A stretch of DNA of 64,000 nt from a virus: positions 91,703 through 155,702 of IMG/VR virus record IMGVR_UViG_3300021505_000001; one strand, 5' to 3'. This document shows, piece after piece, positions 38,508-48,369 of the stretch. Below the pieces are notes generated by a model. That model searched no databases, was not told the origin of the DNA, and worked only from the letters and a program-made list of their open reading frames with translations. A program made the translations under genes and the position numbers. How positions within the stretch are numbered: the stretch's first letter is position 1; each line of letters starts with the position of its first letter.

Positions 38508-39269
38508 CTATTCATTAAAAGAAAACATCCCCATTCCTGTACTAAATGAAAATTTAACTGATTTAGCTCCTGCTGGAACGTTCATTATAACCTCATGTTT
38601 CCCAGTCCATATATCTACAACAGCAAACTTTGAATAAGGTAATTCAATATTGTTTTTCTCTGCAAATTCTTCCTTTTCTTCTTCTGATACTAAAACGTGT
38701 ATACCTTTAATCTGTGAATGTTTCAAATCACCCGTATCATTTGTATCTATATAAAGCAAATAGTTATCATAAGTAGCTTTTGATTTGGTATCTGAAAACA
38801 TAATACTATCTCGACTCATTATTTCAAGAATAATATTCAAAGTATCAAAAATCTTATCATCAAAAATAACAGATATTTGAATCTTATCAAGATCAGTATT
38901 ATGGTCTTTAACATTTACCTGTGCTACATAATGAAAACCTGCTATGTTTCTTATAATAAAAAATATAGATGAATAGGTATGTTTTGGATATTCAGAATTA
39001 TCAAGTATTCCAAAAGCATTTTCAATAATTAAGTCAGTTTCTTTTATACCTGGTACAAATTTACTGAGTTGGGAAACAACCCTTGATAAAAATCGCAATC
39101 TTGTTTTGTATTTTACTATAAATTTCTCTCTATCAATTACAACATAACTAACTGAATTTGTATTGCTAACCAAGATAACAATATCCTCATCTTTAATTTC
39201 ATTTTTATAACAATGAAGATTTTGGTAAATGATAAGTTTATCTGATGTTATAGGTATCATTGTAGACAT
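38508..39269 (-). CDS. Hypothetical protein
   Basis: 253-aa ORF with AGGGA SD. Confidence 0.7.
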   Translation of the reverse strand: MSTMIPITSDKLIIYQNLHCYKNEIKDEDIVILVSNTNSVSYVVIDREKFIVKYKTRLRFLSRVVSQLSKFVPGIKETDLIIENAFGILDNSEYPKHTYSSIFFIIRNIAGFHYVAQVNVKDHNTDLDKIQISVIFDDKIFDTLNIILEIMSRDSIMFSDTKSKATYDNYLLYIDTNDTGDLKHSQIKGIHVLVSEEEKEEFAEKNNIELPYSKFAVVDIWTGKHEVIMNVPAGAKSVKFSFSTGMGMFSFNE

Positions 39270-39296
39270 TATACATTTCCCTTTTTAGCTTTTATG

Positions 39297-39340
39297 GTTT
39301 TTCAAATGTTTTAATAACGTATAGAAAACATTTGAAAAAC
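39297..39340. promoter_or_regulatory. Second copy of the 16-bp inverted repeat; back-to-back putative late promoters
   Basis: gtttttcaaatgtttt-12 nt-aaaacatttgaaaaac; arms identical to 37229-37270. Confidence 0.7.
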
Positions 39341-39361
39341 AAAGAATTTAAGGAATTTAAT

Positions 39362-41785
39362 ATGAGTGTTTTAGATTTAAAAGATATATTTGCACAAAAT
39401 TTTGATTGGGATATTGAAGCTCATTACTATGATGATGGAATTACTGCTTTCCTTGAAGGGGAAGAGCTTTATATAATAGATTTAAAAACGTTGAATTCCA
39501 ATTTTGATGGGGAAGGTGTTTCCACAGGATTATATAAAACTAATACCTTTGAATGGAATCTTTATCAAACCAATCCAAGATTTTATAATATTAATGGAAA
39601 CTACTACTGGTTTCGTGGGGATATAAGTACTTATAAAGCTAAAGCAAGCTGTACTGAAATAGATACAAGTCAGGTATCAGGAAATACAAGTACAAATGAA
39701 ATTCCAACAATAGATGTACGGGATACAGATAATTATGTTGTTTATGGCTATATTGCAAATGATGTTTATTTAACTACTTACTGCCACAGCCATAGAAACA
39801 ATGATATTTTTGAAACTAAGAAAACAGCTTCCTCCTCTATAAAAGGAATCATTGATGAATACAATATAGATATGTATATATTTCAGGACCCAAAGTATAG
39901 ATATATTCCTACATTTGGGGATGTTCTTGTTGGAGATGAAACAACAGGAGTTGATATATTAGGTACTAATTTTAGTGCAGATGCAATTCTAAATGTAAAT
40001 GGAACTAAATCTATTATGTGCTGTCCTATAAATCTTAAAAAATATGGGAAAGATATATATGAAATGATTAAAACAGCACATAAAGCTATTGATGATATTG
40101 GGGATGCCACTTTAAAACGAAGTCTGTCAAGTCCACTGGCCATAGTTGCAGATGCAGGGACTGGAGCTTCATATCATATACCAATTTTTCAGTTTATACC
40201 TTCTTTCTTTCCATCTCCACTTGGTCCAATACCATATACATCAACTAATGTGGTTTGGACAACAGAATTTCATTGGTATATGGATTTTTCTATGATGAAT
40301 TGGATATCTCCTATGGCAACCTCTATTTTTCTTTGTGTTCCAAATATTTACATTAGTTTTTATGGCAATCCAATGGTTCCTTTATGGGTACTTCATCATA
40401 GCAATAATTTTGGAATTCTATTAAGTTATTATAAAGGTGAAGGTACTAAAATTATAAGTCTTACAAGTCATCCTCCAGGACAAGAAACAAATAATATATG
40501 TTATTATAGAAATACTCTTTTGCATGATGATTATTTATATACAGATGGTGCTTTGTTTTGTCGTCCAAAGTTTAAATATAGTACATATACAGATATTGGT
40601 GATCATATACAAAAACCTCCTTCAGACAATCCAACAGAAATTGCTGATTTTCTTATAGGTTCTTTTGGATTAAAATGGAAATTTGCGGATACAAATCAAA
40701 AATTTGAATGGGATGAAGAAAGAAATGAATTTATAGTGACAGAAGATGCTTTAAATGGTCTTACAGAAGATGAAATAGCTACAGATACTATAAACCATTG
40801 TTATCCAACAATACACCGTAATGAGGAAGAAGATGAAAAATATAAAACTGTTCCATGGAAAGTCTATAAATATAATATACATGAAACTTGTTTTGCTGAA
40901 ATTATTGAAGATTTAAACTGCCATACTATTGAAAATCTTGCCTTTTCAGAAACTCCAATACCAGTAGGATTAGGAGCTGAAATTGGTTTTCTTGATAAAA
41001 TATATGATGCAATAATAAATGAAATTCAACTCTATATAAATAATAAAATAGCTTCTCATAATGAGGATACTACAGTAACACCTCCTTCTACAAGTATTCC
41101 AATTGACATATACTATGTTATTAACTTGGCAGAAGAAGATACTAATTCAAGTCTCGGTAAATATTATGGCACTTTAAAAGGTTTGGGAACTTCCAGACAT
41201 GAATGGCATCTTCGTTCTACTTTAAGTAACTTTTCAGTAACTTTAAATTCTACAAATTATAATCCAAAACGGACAAAAGTAGCATCATGGTTATCAAAGA
41301 TAGATAATCTTACGCAGAATCTTCTTATTATGCAAGCATCTTATTATATAAACTATAATTATGATGAAATTGATATAATGGAAAACTTAGCAATGGTAAA
41401 TAACCTGAGCTTTATTAAACAACCTTTATCAGGGCTTATACAATCATTAGGGGTATTTAAAGTTACAGGAAACAATAGTAAAGGAAAGCCACAAACAAAA
41501 TATTATCCATTAAGACTCCATGACTTAGAACTTGAACCAAATGGAGCTCCAATAATAATGGATACTATAAATTTCAAAGGAAAATTAGCTTTTCCAAAAA
41601 TAGTTAGAAAAGAAGATTTTTTATATACTCATACAGATACTAAAATAATACGCTTGTATATTGGAGAAGATAGAAATATTCCTTATGAGGATGAAATGGA
41701 AATAACCTCAATAGTAAAAAGTGGCCTTCATCATACACTCATACCAAACTTTGAGGAATTTGTAGATTTACTAGAATGGAAATAA
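39362..41785 (+). CDS. Large hypothetical, probable virion (tail/baseplate) protein (start revised to ATG 39362)
   Basis: About 807 aa with AAGGA SD; the track's TTG start lies inside the promoter palindrome. Confidence 0.6.
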   Translation: MSVLDLKDIFAQNFDWDIEAHYYDDGITAFLEGEELYIIDLKTLNSNFDGEGVSTGLYKTNTFEWNLYQTNPRFYNINGNYYWFRGDISTYKAKASCTEIDTSQVSGNTSTNEIPTIDVRDTDNYVVYGYIANDVYLTTYCHSHRNNDIFETKKTASSSIKGIIDEYNIDMYIFQDPKYRYIPTFGDVLVGDETTGVDILGTNFSADAILNVNGTKSIMCCPINLKKYGKDIYEMIKTAHKAIDDIGDATLKRSLSSPLAIVADAGTGASYHIPIFQFIPSFFPSPLGPIPYTSTNVVWTTEFHWYMDFSMMNWISPMATSIFLCVPNIYISFYGNPMVPLWVLHHSNNFGILLSYYKGEGTKIISLTSHPPGQETNNICYYRNTLLHDDYLYTDGALFCRPKFKYSTYTDIGDHIQKPPSDNPTEIADFLIGSFGLKWKFADTNQKFEWDEERNEFIVTEDALNGLTEDEIATDTINHCYPTIHRNEEEDEKYKTVPWKVYKYNIHETCFAEIIEDLNCHTIENLAFSETPIPVGLGAEIGFLDKIYDAIINEIQLYINNKIASHNEDTTVTPPSTSIPIDIYYVINLAEEDTNSSLGKYYGTLKGLGTSRHEWHLRSTLSNFSVTLNSTNYNPKRTKVASWLSKIDNLTQNLLIMQASYYINYNYDEIDIMENLAMVNNLSFIKQPLSGLIQSLGVFKVTGNNSKGKPQTKYYPLRLHDLELEPNGAPIIMDTINFKGKLAFPKIVRKEDFLYTHTDTKIIRLYIGEDRNIPYEDEMEITSIVKSGLHHTLIPNFEEFVDLLEWK

Positions 41786-42678
41786 TAGCTGTTGGAGATA
41801 TGCACTTTGGAAAAGAATTATGGTTCCTTCAACCAAATCCCTTTCTGAAGTCAAATAAAGAAAAGTTAGAATCTATATGGGCTAGTAGTACTGCTTCTTG
41901 TATAGATTTTATATTAGATGATATTAAAAAACCTTTACATTTTATATTTCTTGGGGATTTAATTGATAACCCTTATATTGATGATATATGGATAAATAAA
42001 ATAAAGAATATTTTTTTGAAAATAACTGAAAGACAAGGAATAGTATCTGTTATATTAGGAAATCATGATACAAATACAACACGACTTAATACCTCAAAGT
42101 TATCCAAAATAGAAATACCAAATGTATATTTCTATGATAAACCCTTCTCATATGAAAAAATACTTTTCTTACCTTATAGAAAACCCTCAAGATTGTTAAA
42201 TTCATTAAAAAACATTAAAGAAAAGGAATTTAAATATCTATTTACTCATAATAATATCTATTGTAATAGTTTTTTTATGAAAACTCCGATGTTTCACGTG
42301 AAACATTTGAGAGAGATATTACATAGTCCAAAAATGATAGTTTACAATGGACATTTGCATAGGAACTTATTTGATAGAACCTCTGGATATTTTCAGCCTG
42401 GTTCTACTGCACCAACTTCTTTTAAAGAATATCCAAATGCTTATGGTTTTATACATATAAGTAAAAATAATAAGCATAGATACTATAGAAACAACAGATT
42501 ATTTTTTATATCAATATCAAACAAAGCCAGTTTAGACGCTTTTAAGAAATTTGTTATAAATGCCCGAAAGTATAAAGCTAAATTATGTGTTAAATATTCA
42601 ACACTATTAAAAAATAACATTTCTTACTACCTCAAGTATTATAAAGATGTAGTGGTAGGAGTTCAGGAGTCAATATGA
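41776..42678 (+). CDS. Calcineurin-like metallophosphoesterase (SbcD/Mre11/T4 gp47-like nuclease)
   Basis: GDMHFG, LGDLID, LGNHD, FTH and NGHLH motifs. Confidence 0.85.
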   Translation: MEIIAVGDMHFGKELWFLQPNPFLKSNKEKLESIWASSTASCIDFILDDIKKPLHFIFLGDLIDNPYIDDIWINKIKNIFLKITERQGIVSVILGNHDTNTTRLNTSKLSKIEIPNVYFYDKPFSYEKILFLPYRKPSRLLNSLKNIKEKEFKYLFTHNNIYCNSFFMKTPMFHVKHLREILHSPKMIVYNGHLHRNLFDRTSGYFQPGSTAPTSFKEYPNAYGFIHISKNNKHRYYRNNRLFFISISNKASLDAFKKFVINARKYKAKLCVKYSTLLKNNISYYLKYYKDVVVGVQESI

Positions 42679-44750
42679 ACATAAATTCTGAAGAGTTTAA
42701 AGATTTAAGTGTTAAAGAAAAACGTAGGATTGCCATAGAAGAATTCACTAAATGCAAAAATGACTTTGCATATTTTCTTAACAATTATGGATATATAAGA
42801 CACCCAAATGCAGGGATAATAAAAGTTAAGCCTTTTGATTTTCAATTTGATGTTGCTTTACCAATTGCAACAGCCTTAAAACTTGGTAGATCCGATGAGA
42901 CATCAAAAGCACTAAAGGAAATCCAACCAAAATTTGATTATGAGAAATGGTTTAAAAAAATCTCTGAAAAGAATATTGAACTTACCAAAAAAATACCCTC
43001 TGAATTTCAAAATTACTATAAAAATACCTGTAAACATCCTGATATTCCCTTACGTATAGATACAATAATCCTAAAAAGCCGTCAAACAGGACTTAGTACA
43101 ATATTCGAACTTCTTGGTGGATGGCATATTAATTTCTATCCCAGTGTATATGATATAGTTATATCCCAACGTGATAAAGAAGCTATGAAGTTTTTAAATG
43201 ATGTTATAACTTGGTGGGAATTAATTCCTCCACTATTAAGAGGGAAAAAATTAACAGGAAATCAACATCAATTATGGGTAAGTATTACTGGCCAGAAATC
43301 ACACCGTTCAGGATTTGAAGCTTTTCCTCCTGTTCCTGATGCAGGACGTTCTTATTCTCCAAATCTTGTTATAATGGATGAATTTGCTATGTGGAGAAGA
43401 GCTGGTGATGTGTGGACAGCAGTTACAAGCTCTGTATCAGGTGGTGGAATTATTGTTGTAATTTCAACTCCAAAAGGTGTTGGAAATCTTTATCATAGAA
43501 TATGGGAATTAACGAACAAATCTTTGTCAATTTCTTTTAATAATGAAGAAACCAAAACAGAAATAGATAATCCTATTCAAGAAGATGCTATAATGTCCTC
43601 TTTTAAACCTATGGTTGTGCATTGGTCTCAAATGCCAGAAGAGGAGTTTATCAGACGTGGTTTTAAATCATCTCTTGATTGGTATAACCACATGAAGGGT
43701 AAAATAGCTATTGAAAAAGGGGCTAAAGCTGTAGCTCAGGAGCTTGAATTAGATTTTCTAACATCAGGAGAAACTATAGATGTAGAAGTTTTAAATAAAC
43801 TTAGAATAAATTGTCTTGAACTTCGTGATGATATTAAATTACTTATACTAAAGAAAGGAATTCCAGGACTTGTTATATATGAGAAACCCCAAAAAGATGT
43901 AGAATATTTGATAAGTGTTGATGTTGGGGAAGGTATCTTAAAAGATTATAGTGTTTTAAAAGTTTTTAAATTACCAACAGAATCTAATATAGGTATTCCA
44001 AAAATTGTAGCAAAATTATCTACAAATAATAGAACACCCAGACAATTTAAGGACTTAGTTAAATTAACAGGGAAACTATATAATAATGCATGGCTTCATA
44101 TTGAAAGAAACAATCATGGACAGGTATTATTATCTTATTTAGTAGAGGACAACGAATATATACTTTCACGGATTATTAACCGATATAATGTAGGTAAAAG
44201 TACTTTTGATAATGGAATAAAAGGTTGGGGAACTACAGGAGCTAGTAGAAATATCCTTATAGCTAATATGATTGATTTTATTTATTCTTACCCAGATGAT
44301 ATATCTCTACCAAAAGAAACAGCAGAAGAATTTAAGACTTTTATAAATAAGAATGGTCGTTGGGAAGCACAATCAGGATATCATGATGATTGTATTCTTT
44401 CACTATCTCTTGGTTTAATGGGATATAGAATACTTGATAAATACAAAGAATGGATTCGTAAGAATAGTCATGAAAGTATTCCAAATAATATAGAACCAGA
44501 TATGTATATTACATCTTCAAATATACTTCCAAATAGAGAAAATAGATTTGAAAGAATAACAAACCAAAAAAAGGAAGTAAAATTAATAAAGAAGGATGAA
44601 GATTTATTAAGAGAGGCCTTTGATGAAATCGATATAACAGAAGATATTAAAGAAAAAAGGCCAAAAACTTTGCAAACAAAAAAAGTAACAGAACATAAAT
44701 TTATCAGTCAAGTTAACGAATTAAGTGATGAAGTAGACTTTATATTCTAA
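42675..44750 (+). CDS. terL: Terminase large subunit, T4 gp17-like
   Basis: LKSRQTGLST (Walker A), VIMDEFA (Walker B), ISTPKG, SVDVGEG, IERNNHG, GYHDDCI. Confidence 0.92.
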   Translation: MNINSEEFKDLSVKEKRRIAIEEFTKCKNDFAYFLNNYGYIRHPNAGIIKVKPFDFQFDVALPIATALKLGRSDETSKALKEIQPKFDYEKWFKKISEKNIELTKKIPSEFQNYYKNTCKHPDIPLRIDTIILKSRQTGLSTIFELLGGWHINFYPSVYDIVISQRDKEAMKFLNDVITWWELIPPLLRGKKLTGNQHQLWVSITGQKSHRSGFEAFPPVPDAGRSYSPNLVIMDEFAMWRRAGDVWTAVTSSVSGGGIIVVISTPKGVGNLYHRIWELTNKSLSISFNNEETKTEIDNPIQEDAIMSSFKPMVVHWSQMPEEEFIRRGFKSSLDWYNHMKGKIAIEKGAKAVAQELELDFLTSGETIDVEVLNKLRINCLELRDDIKLLILKKGIPGLVIYEKPQKDVEYLISVDVGEGILKDYSVLKVFKLPTESNIGIPKIVAKLSTNNRTPRQFKDLVKLTGKLYNNAWLHIERNNHGQVLLSYLVEDNEYILSRIINRYNVGKSTFDNGIKGWGTTGASRNILIANMIDFIYSYPDDISLPKETAEEFKTFINKNGRWEAQSGYHDDCILSLSLGLMGYRILDKYKEWIRKNSHESIPNNIEPDMYITSSNILPNRENRFERITNQKKEVKLIKKDEDLLREAFDEIDITEDIKEKRPKTLQTKKVTEHKFISQVNELSDEVDFIF

Positions 44751-44752
44751 AG

Positions 44753-45163
44753 CTATAATAATTCTCTATCAAGAAAGTTTATCTTTTTAACTATATCTGA
44801 AATTTCATCAAGAAATACATCTTTTTTTAAATAATTGGTATCAGAAGGATTATTTGTTATAAAAAAACATAATTGTCTTAGAAAATGACAAATAGACATT
44901 AACTCATTTAATATAAGACTATCTGAAATAGTATCTTTAGAATATTCATTTGAAGAAGATACTGTTTCAGAAATTCCCAATTCAGATAATAGAGAAGATA
45001 AATAGTTACGATATGTCTTATAAAAGGGGCGTAAAGCATCTCTATCCTTTATAACAGCTTGAAGTTTCATAGGTTCTGTCATTCGGATAGTAAAACAAGC
45101 ATATATAGCCGCAAAATAAGGCTCACTATCAGAAATAATTTTAAAAATCTTTTGATTATCCAT
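44753..45163 (-). CDS. Hypothetical protein
   Basis: 136-aa ORF, last gene of a minus-strand operon. Confidence 0.65.
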   Translation of the reverse strand: MDNQKIFKIISDSEPYFAAIYACFTIRMTEPMKLQAVIKDRDALRPFYKTYRNYLSSLLSELGISETVSSSNEYSKDTISDSLILNELMSICHFLRQLCFFITNNPSDTNYLKKDVFLDEISDIVKKINFLDRELL

Positions 45164-45165
45164 AA

Positions 45166-45972
45166 CTATTTTATAATCTCATATTCAGATTCAATTTCCT
45201 TTCTGATTTTATCCCCTATTACAAAACTATCACTAGAAACCGGAGTCCCATCTAAATTCAAAGAAGAGATTTTAACAGAAAAATATTCTTTAGGAAACCA
45301 TTTTCTTAACTTCTTAATATCAAAATCTCTATTTCTTCCTATTGTTAAATTAAGTATAGTTTTAAAATTACTCTTTGTTCGAACTTTACCTAACTCCTCC
45401 AAGCTTGCCTTAAATTCATAAGGTATTAAAAAATCACGATATTTCTCATCAAATGAATGGATTGAAAATTGTAGTGCCATATTTTCTTTTATCCAACTAT
45501 AATCTGCATTTTTTATACCTATGGTTGATATATAATGCTGTGCTTTAACACCTATAAACAAACCATTATCAACAACATCAATGACTTTTTTAACAGCATC
45601 TATATTAAGAAAAGGTTCTCCCATTCTTGTATAATTTATTCTAAATTCCTTTGCTTGTTGTGGAAGAAATGATTCTTCATTATTCCATCCCTTATGATAT
45701 TTATTTGTTATAAACAATATTTGCTCTACTATCTCTTGGGATGTTAAGGTGCGAAATCTTTCCAAATTTTTAGTAGCGCAGAATTTACATCCAATTGGAC
45801 ATCCACTCATAACAGACACACCAATTATCCATTTTTTCTTTTTAATAGAACTTAGATTTTTTGTATCGGATAGAATAAAAGTACTTGTAACTTCAACTGG
45901 ATAACCATCCTCAGTTTCAAGTAAATAAAATGTCTCATTTGGGAATTCTATTTTATTAATTTTCCTTAACAT
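45166..45972 (-). CDS. Radical SAM protein, RlmN/Cfr-like
   Basis: SVMSGCPIGCKFCAT (CxxxCxxC), RTLTSQEIVEQI, RMGEPFLN, ISTIG, QFSIHS. Confidence 0.8.
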   Translation of the reverse strand: MLRKINKIEFPNETFYLLETEDGYPVEVTSTFILSDTKNLSSIKKKKWIIGVSVMSGCPIGCKFCATKNLERFRTLTSQEIVEQILFITNKYHKGWNNEESFLPQQAKEFRINYTRMGEPFLNIDAVKKVIDVVDNGLFIGVKAQHYISTIGIKNADYSWIKENMALQFSIHSFDEKYRDFLIPYEFKASLEELGKVRTKSNFKTILNLTIGRNRDFDIKKLRKWFPKEYFSVKISSLNLDGTPVSSDSFVIGDKIRKEIESEYEIIK

Positions 45973-45999
45973 ATTAAATATCCTTATAACGAATTAAAA

Positions 46000-46317
46000 T
46001 TACCACCACAACCAACCAGCATCTTTCTTGGGCACATCAAAATTATAAGTCCATAAATCCATTTTACGTAAAATTCGGTTACATTCTTGTTTCATACGGT
46101 TTCTATAAAAGCGGTTTCTATACCTACGAAACCAGGCTGGAGCATTTGACATACAATGATGCCCACATCCTTTATCAGAATAATATAACGCTTTTAGACG
46201 TTCTAATTCTTTCCCTGTAGCTTTTACCCATACACAAATATTACCATCATATTTAATATTTGATAGTGCCCAATCAGGAACCTTAGTATTTCTACGTCTA
46301 TAAGTTCTGCTCATCAA
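46000..46317 (-). CDS. Basic hypothetical protein
   Basis: MSRTYRR...NAPAWFRRYRNRFYR. Confidence 0.7.
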   Translation of the reverse strand: MMSRTYRRRNTKVPDWALSNIKYDGNICVWVKATGKELERLKALYYSDKGCGHHCMSNAPAWFRRYRNRFYRNRMKQECNRILRKMDLWTYNFDVPKKDAGWLWW

Positions 46318-46358
46318 TCATCCTAAGTTTAATTTTGGACAAATTTTGCTATGATATA

Positions 46359-46580
46359 TTATTTCTTATCATCTGGAAGAGGGGGAATCCTTTTCATGTT
46401 AGCAACTAACTGAACAATGTTTCCTTTAATTAATTCTTTATGATAGTGACTTCCAATTGAATAAAACTTTGATAAAGTAGATAATTTACAGTTTGGACAG
46501 GAATAATCAAAACGTGCATATTTAACAGCATCTTTTGCTACAGCAAAATTGCAGTTAGGACAAAAAACACAACCTTCCAT
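46359..46580 (-). CDS. Small zinc-ribbon protein
   Basis: CPNC...CPNC; AGGAG SD. Confidence 0.65.
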   Translation of the reverse strand: MEGCVFCPNCNFAVAKDAVKYARFDYSCPNCKLSTLSKFYSIGSHYHKELIKGNIVQLVANMKRIPPLPDDKK

Positions 46581-46592
46581 ATAAAGCTCCTT

Positions 46593-47288
46593 TTATTTTG
46601 GATATTCAAACAAATTTCCAACTATTTTTGAAATACTATCGTAAGAGGGTTTGACATAATACTTTTGTAATTTACCAAAAGTATTATATCGAAAGAAAGT
46701 TCCATTTTTTTCCATATCATTCAAATCAGTAGCCCAATTTTTGCCAATATCATATAACATTTGATGCATATCACATTGTTTCTTGCCTTTAAGCTGTTTA
46801 TTAGAAAAGAAATGTCTACAATACATTTGAAGGCTATTCTTTTTCCAATCCATTGCACGCCACAGCAAACAATTTACGACTTCATTATGAGGGATATTGA
46901 AAGCTCTGGCATCAAATACAACAGGATTTTCATAACTCCCATACAATTTATTAAAGAAAACAGACATATAAGATGCTGTAACACTTTCAATTTTGTTTAG
47001 TCTATAACCAAACCATGCTTCTGTGTTCAAAGTATCATAATCAGCAAGACAAAATGTAACTTCATCACTTTGAACATAAGCTATTTTAAAACCCTGCATT
47101 TGGCGGGAAACTTCTATCGCTGAGTTTACCATAGCTTCCATCAATTGACTATCAAAAGGCCTTTTACAATGTTTTGTAAACGTATGAAAAGCCTTTCCAT
47201 CAACCCGAACTATTAATGGGGTTCTCCTTAAAGCATACCTTTGTGTTACAAATTCATAACGTTTAAAACGTTCCCCTATAGTAAGCAT
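46593..47288 (-). CDS. thg1: tRNA(His) guanylyltransferase / Thg1-like 3'-5' polymerase
   Basis: IVRVDGKAFHTFT, AYVQSDEVTF, FDARAF, WRAMD, KNG. Confidence 0.9.
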   Translation of the reverse strand: MLTIGERFKRYEFVTQRYALRRTPLIVRVDGKAFHTFTKHCKRPFDSQLMEAMVNSAIEVSRQMQGFKIAYVQSDEVTFCLADYDTLNTEAWFGYRLNKIESVTASYMSVFFNKLYGSYENPVVFDARAFNIPHNEVVNCLLWRAMDWKKNSLQMYCRHFFSNKQLKGKKQCDMHQMLYDIGKNWATDLNDMEKNGTFFRYNTFGKLQKYYVKPSYDSISKIVGNLFEYPK

Positions 47289-47312
47289 TAATAATCTCCT
47301 TTTTAAGACAAA

Positions 47313-47633
47313 TTATTTTTTCAAGTTAAGCTTTGTATATTGTGGATGATGTTTACTTCTCATATGAAGAGTCCATTTAGTTACATCATTCCCAAAGGTA
47401 TGAATAACTTTACTTAAATGAGTTCGACTATCTATCTTATTAATATCATCCATAGAAGCTATTGTTACAAGATAATAAATACCATTCTGAGCTATATCTA
47501 TTTGACGTTTTAACTCACCTATAGCTGTTTTCTTTTTTTGAATCATTAGATGTATAGTAGAAAGAGTACACTCAATCATATAAAAAAGAGCGCTTTCACA
47601 GTTACGGATATGATGATGATCTAACATAATCAA
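47313..47633 (-). CDS. Hypothetical protein
   Basis: 106-aa ORF overlapping the upstream stop. Confidence 0.65.
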   Translation of the reverse strand: MIMLDHHHIRNCESALFYMIECTLSTIHLMIQKKKTAIGELKRQIDIAQNGIYYLVTIASMDDINKIDSRTHLSKVIHTFGNDVTKWTLHMRSKHHPQYTKLNLKK

Positions 47634-47962
47634 TCCCTCTTTCTTGGCTTCAAATGAATAGTCCTGCCATTATTCCATGTAGAAAAACCTGTATTTTCTT
47701 CGTTGACTTCTTCCAACATAACTGCATTAAATGTTGGATACTCCTCTTTTACAGATATTGGGTCAAATCCAAACATCATTATTCCTGATTCCTCATCATC
47801 ATAGTAGGATTCACCACCAACTCCATAGCATGAATTACATTCACATACAACAATCCCAAAGAAAATACCTTCAGATTCTACACCCCTTGAAAGAGATTCC
47901 TCAAATTCATCTGGAAGGGTATAATAGTTTCCACACTTTGGGCACTGATATAATCCTGACAT
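47630..47962 (-). CDS. Acidic zinc-finger protein
   Basis: CPKC...CNSC; AAGGAGG SD; first gene after the promoter. Confidence 0.7.
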   Translation of the reverse strand: MSGLYQCPKCGNYYTLPDEFEESLSRGVESEGIFFGIVVCECNSCYGVGGESYYDDEESGIMMFGFDPISVKEEYPTFNAVMLEEVNEENTGFSTWNNGRTIHLKPRKRD

Positions 47963-47990
47963 TTTTTAAATCCTCCTTAGTTTTTATATA

Positions 47991-48019
47991 AAAATACACG
48001 TTTCTATTAAGTATGTCAA
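47991..48019 (-). promoter_or_regulatory. Putative early sigma70 promoter
   Basis: TTGACA-17 nt-(TG)TATTTT; the flank TTTTTTCTTGACATACTT is shared with the promoter at 58806-58834. Confidence 0.7.
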
Positions 48020-48027
48020 GAAAAAAA

Positions 48028-48369
48028 TTAAAACTTTTTGAAAGACTCAACAATATCCTTTATACTGAAAGTAACTGTTGTTTCTCCTGTATTGTTTTCA
48101 ATAATAGAATCAAAAACAGGAAGATTTGCATCCGATTCTACAACATCAAAAGTAAAAAGTTTTGTTGTATGTAATCCTTTAATTTGAAAAAGTTCCTCAT
48201 CTGTAAATTCATGTACACCAAAACCCTGCTTATAGTGACATCGAGGACATCTTTCTATAGCTCTAAAAACAGGACTTGTTTCTGAATCAAAATACTCATT
48301 GAATTGTTTTATATACTCATCTGAAATCCTTAATTGGATTCCACAATTCTTACATTTATAGCTTTCCAA
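48028..48369 (-). CDS. Zinc-finger hypothetical protein
   Basis: CKNC...CPRC; AGGAGG SD with TTG start. Confidence 0.65.
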   Translation of the reverse strand: MESYKCKNCGIQLRISDEYIKQFNEYFDSETSPVFRAIERCPRCHYKQGFGVHEFTDEELFQIKGLHTTKLFTFDVVESDANLPVFDSIIENNTGETTVTFSIKDIVESFKKF

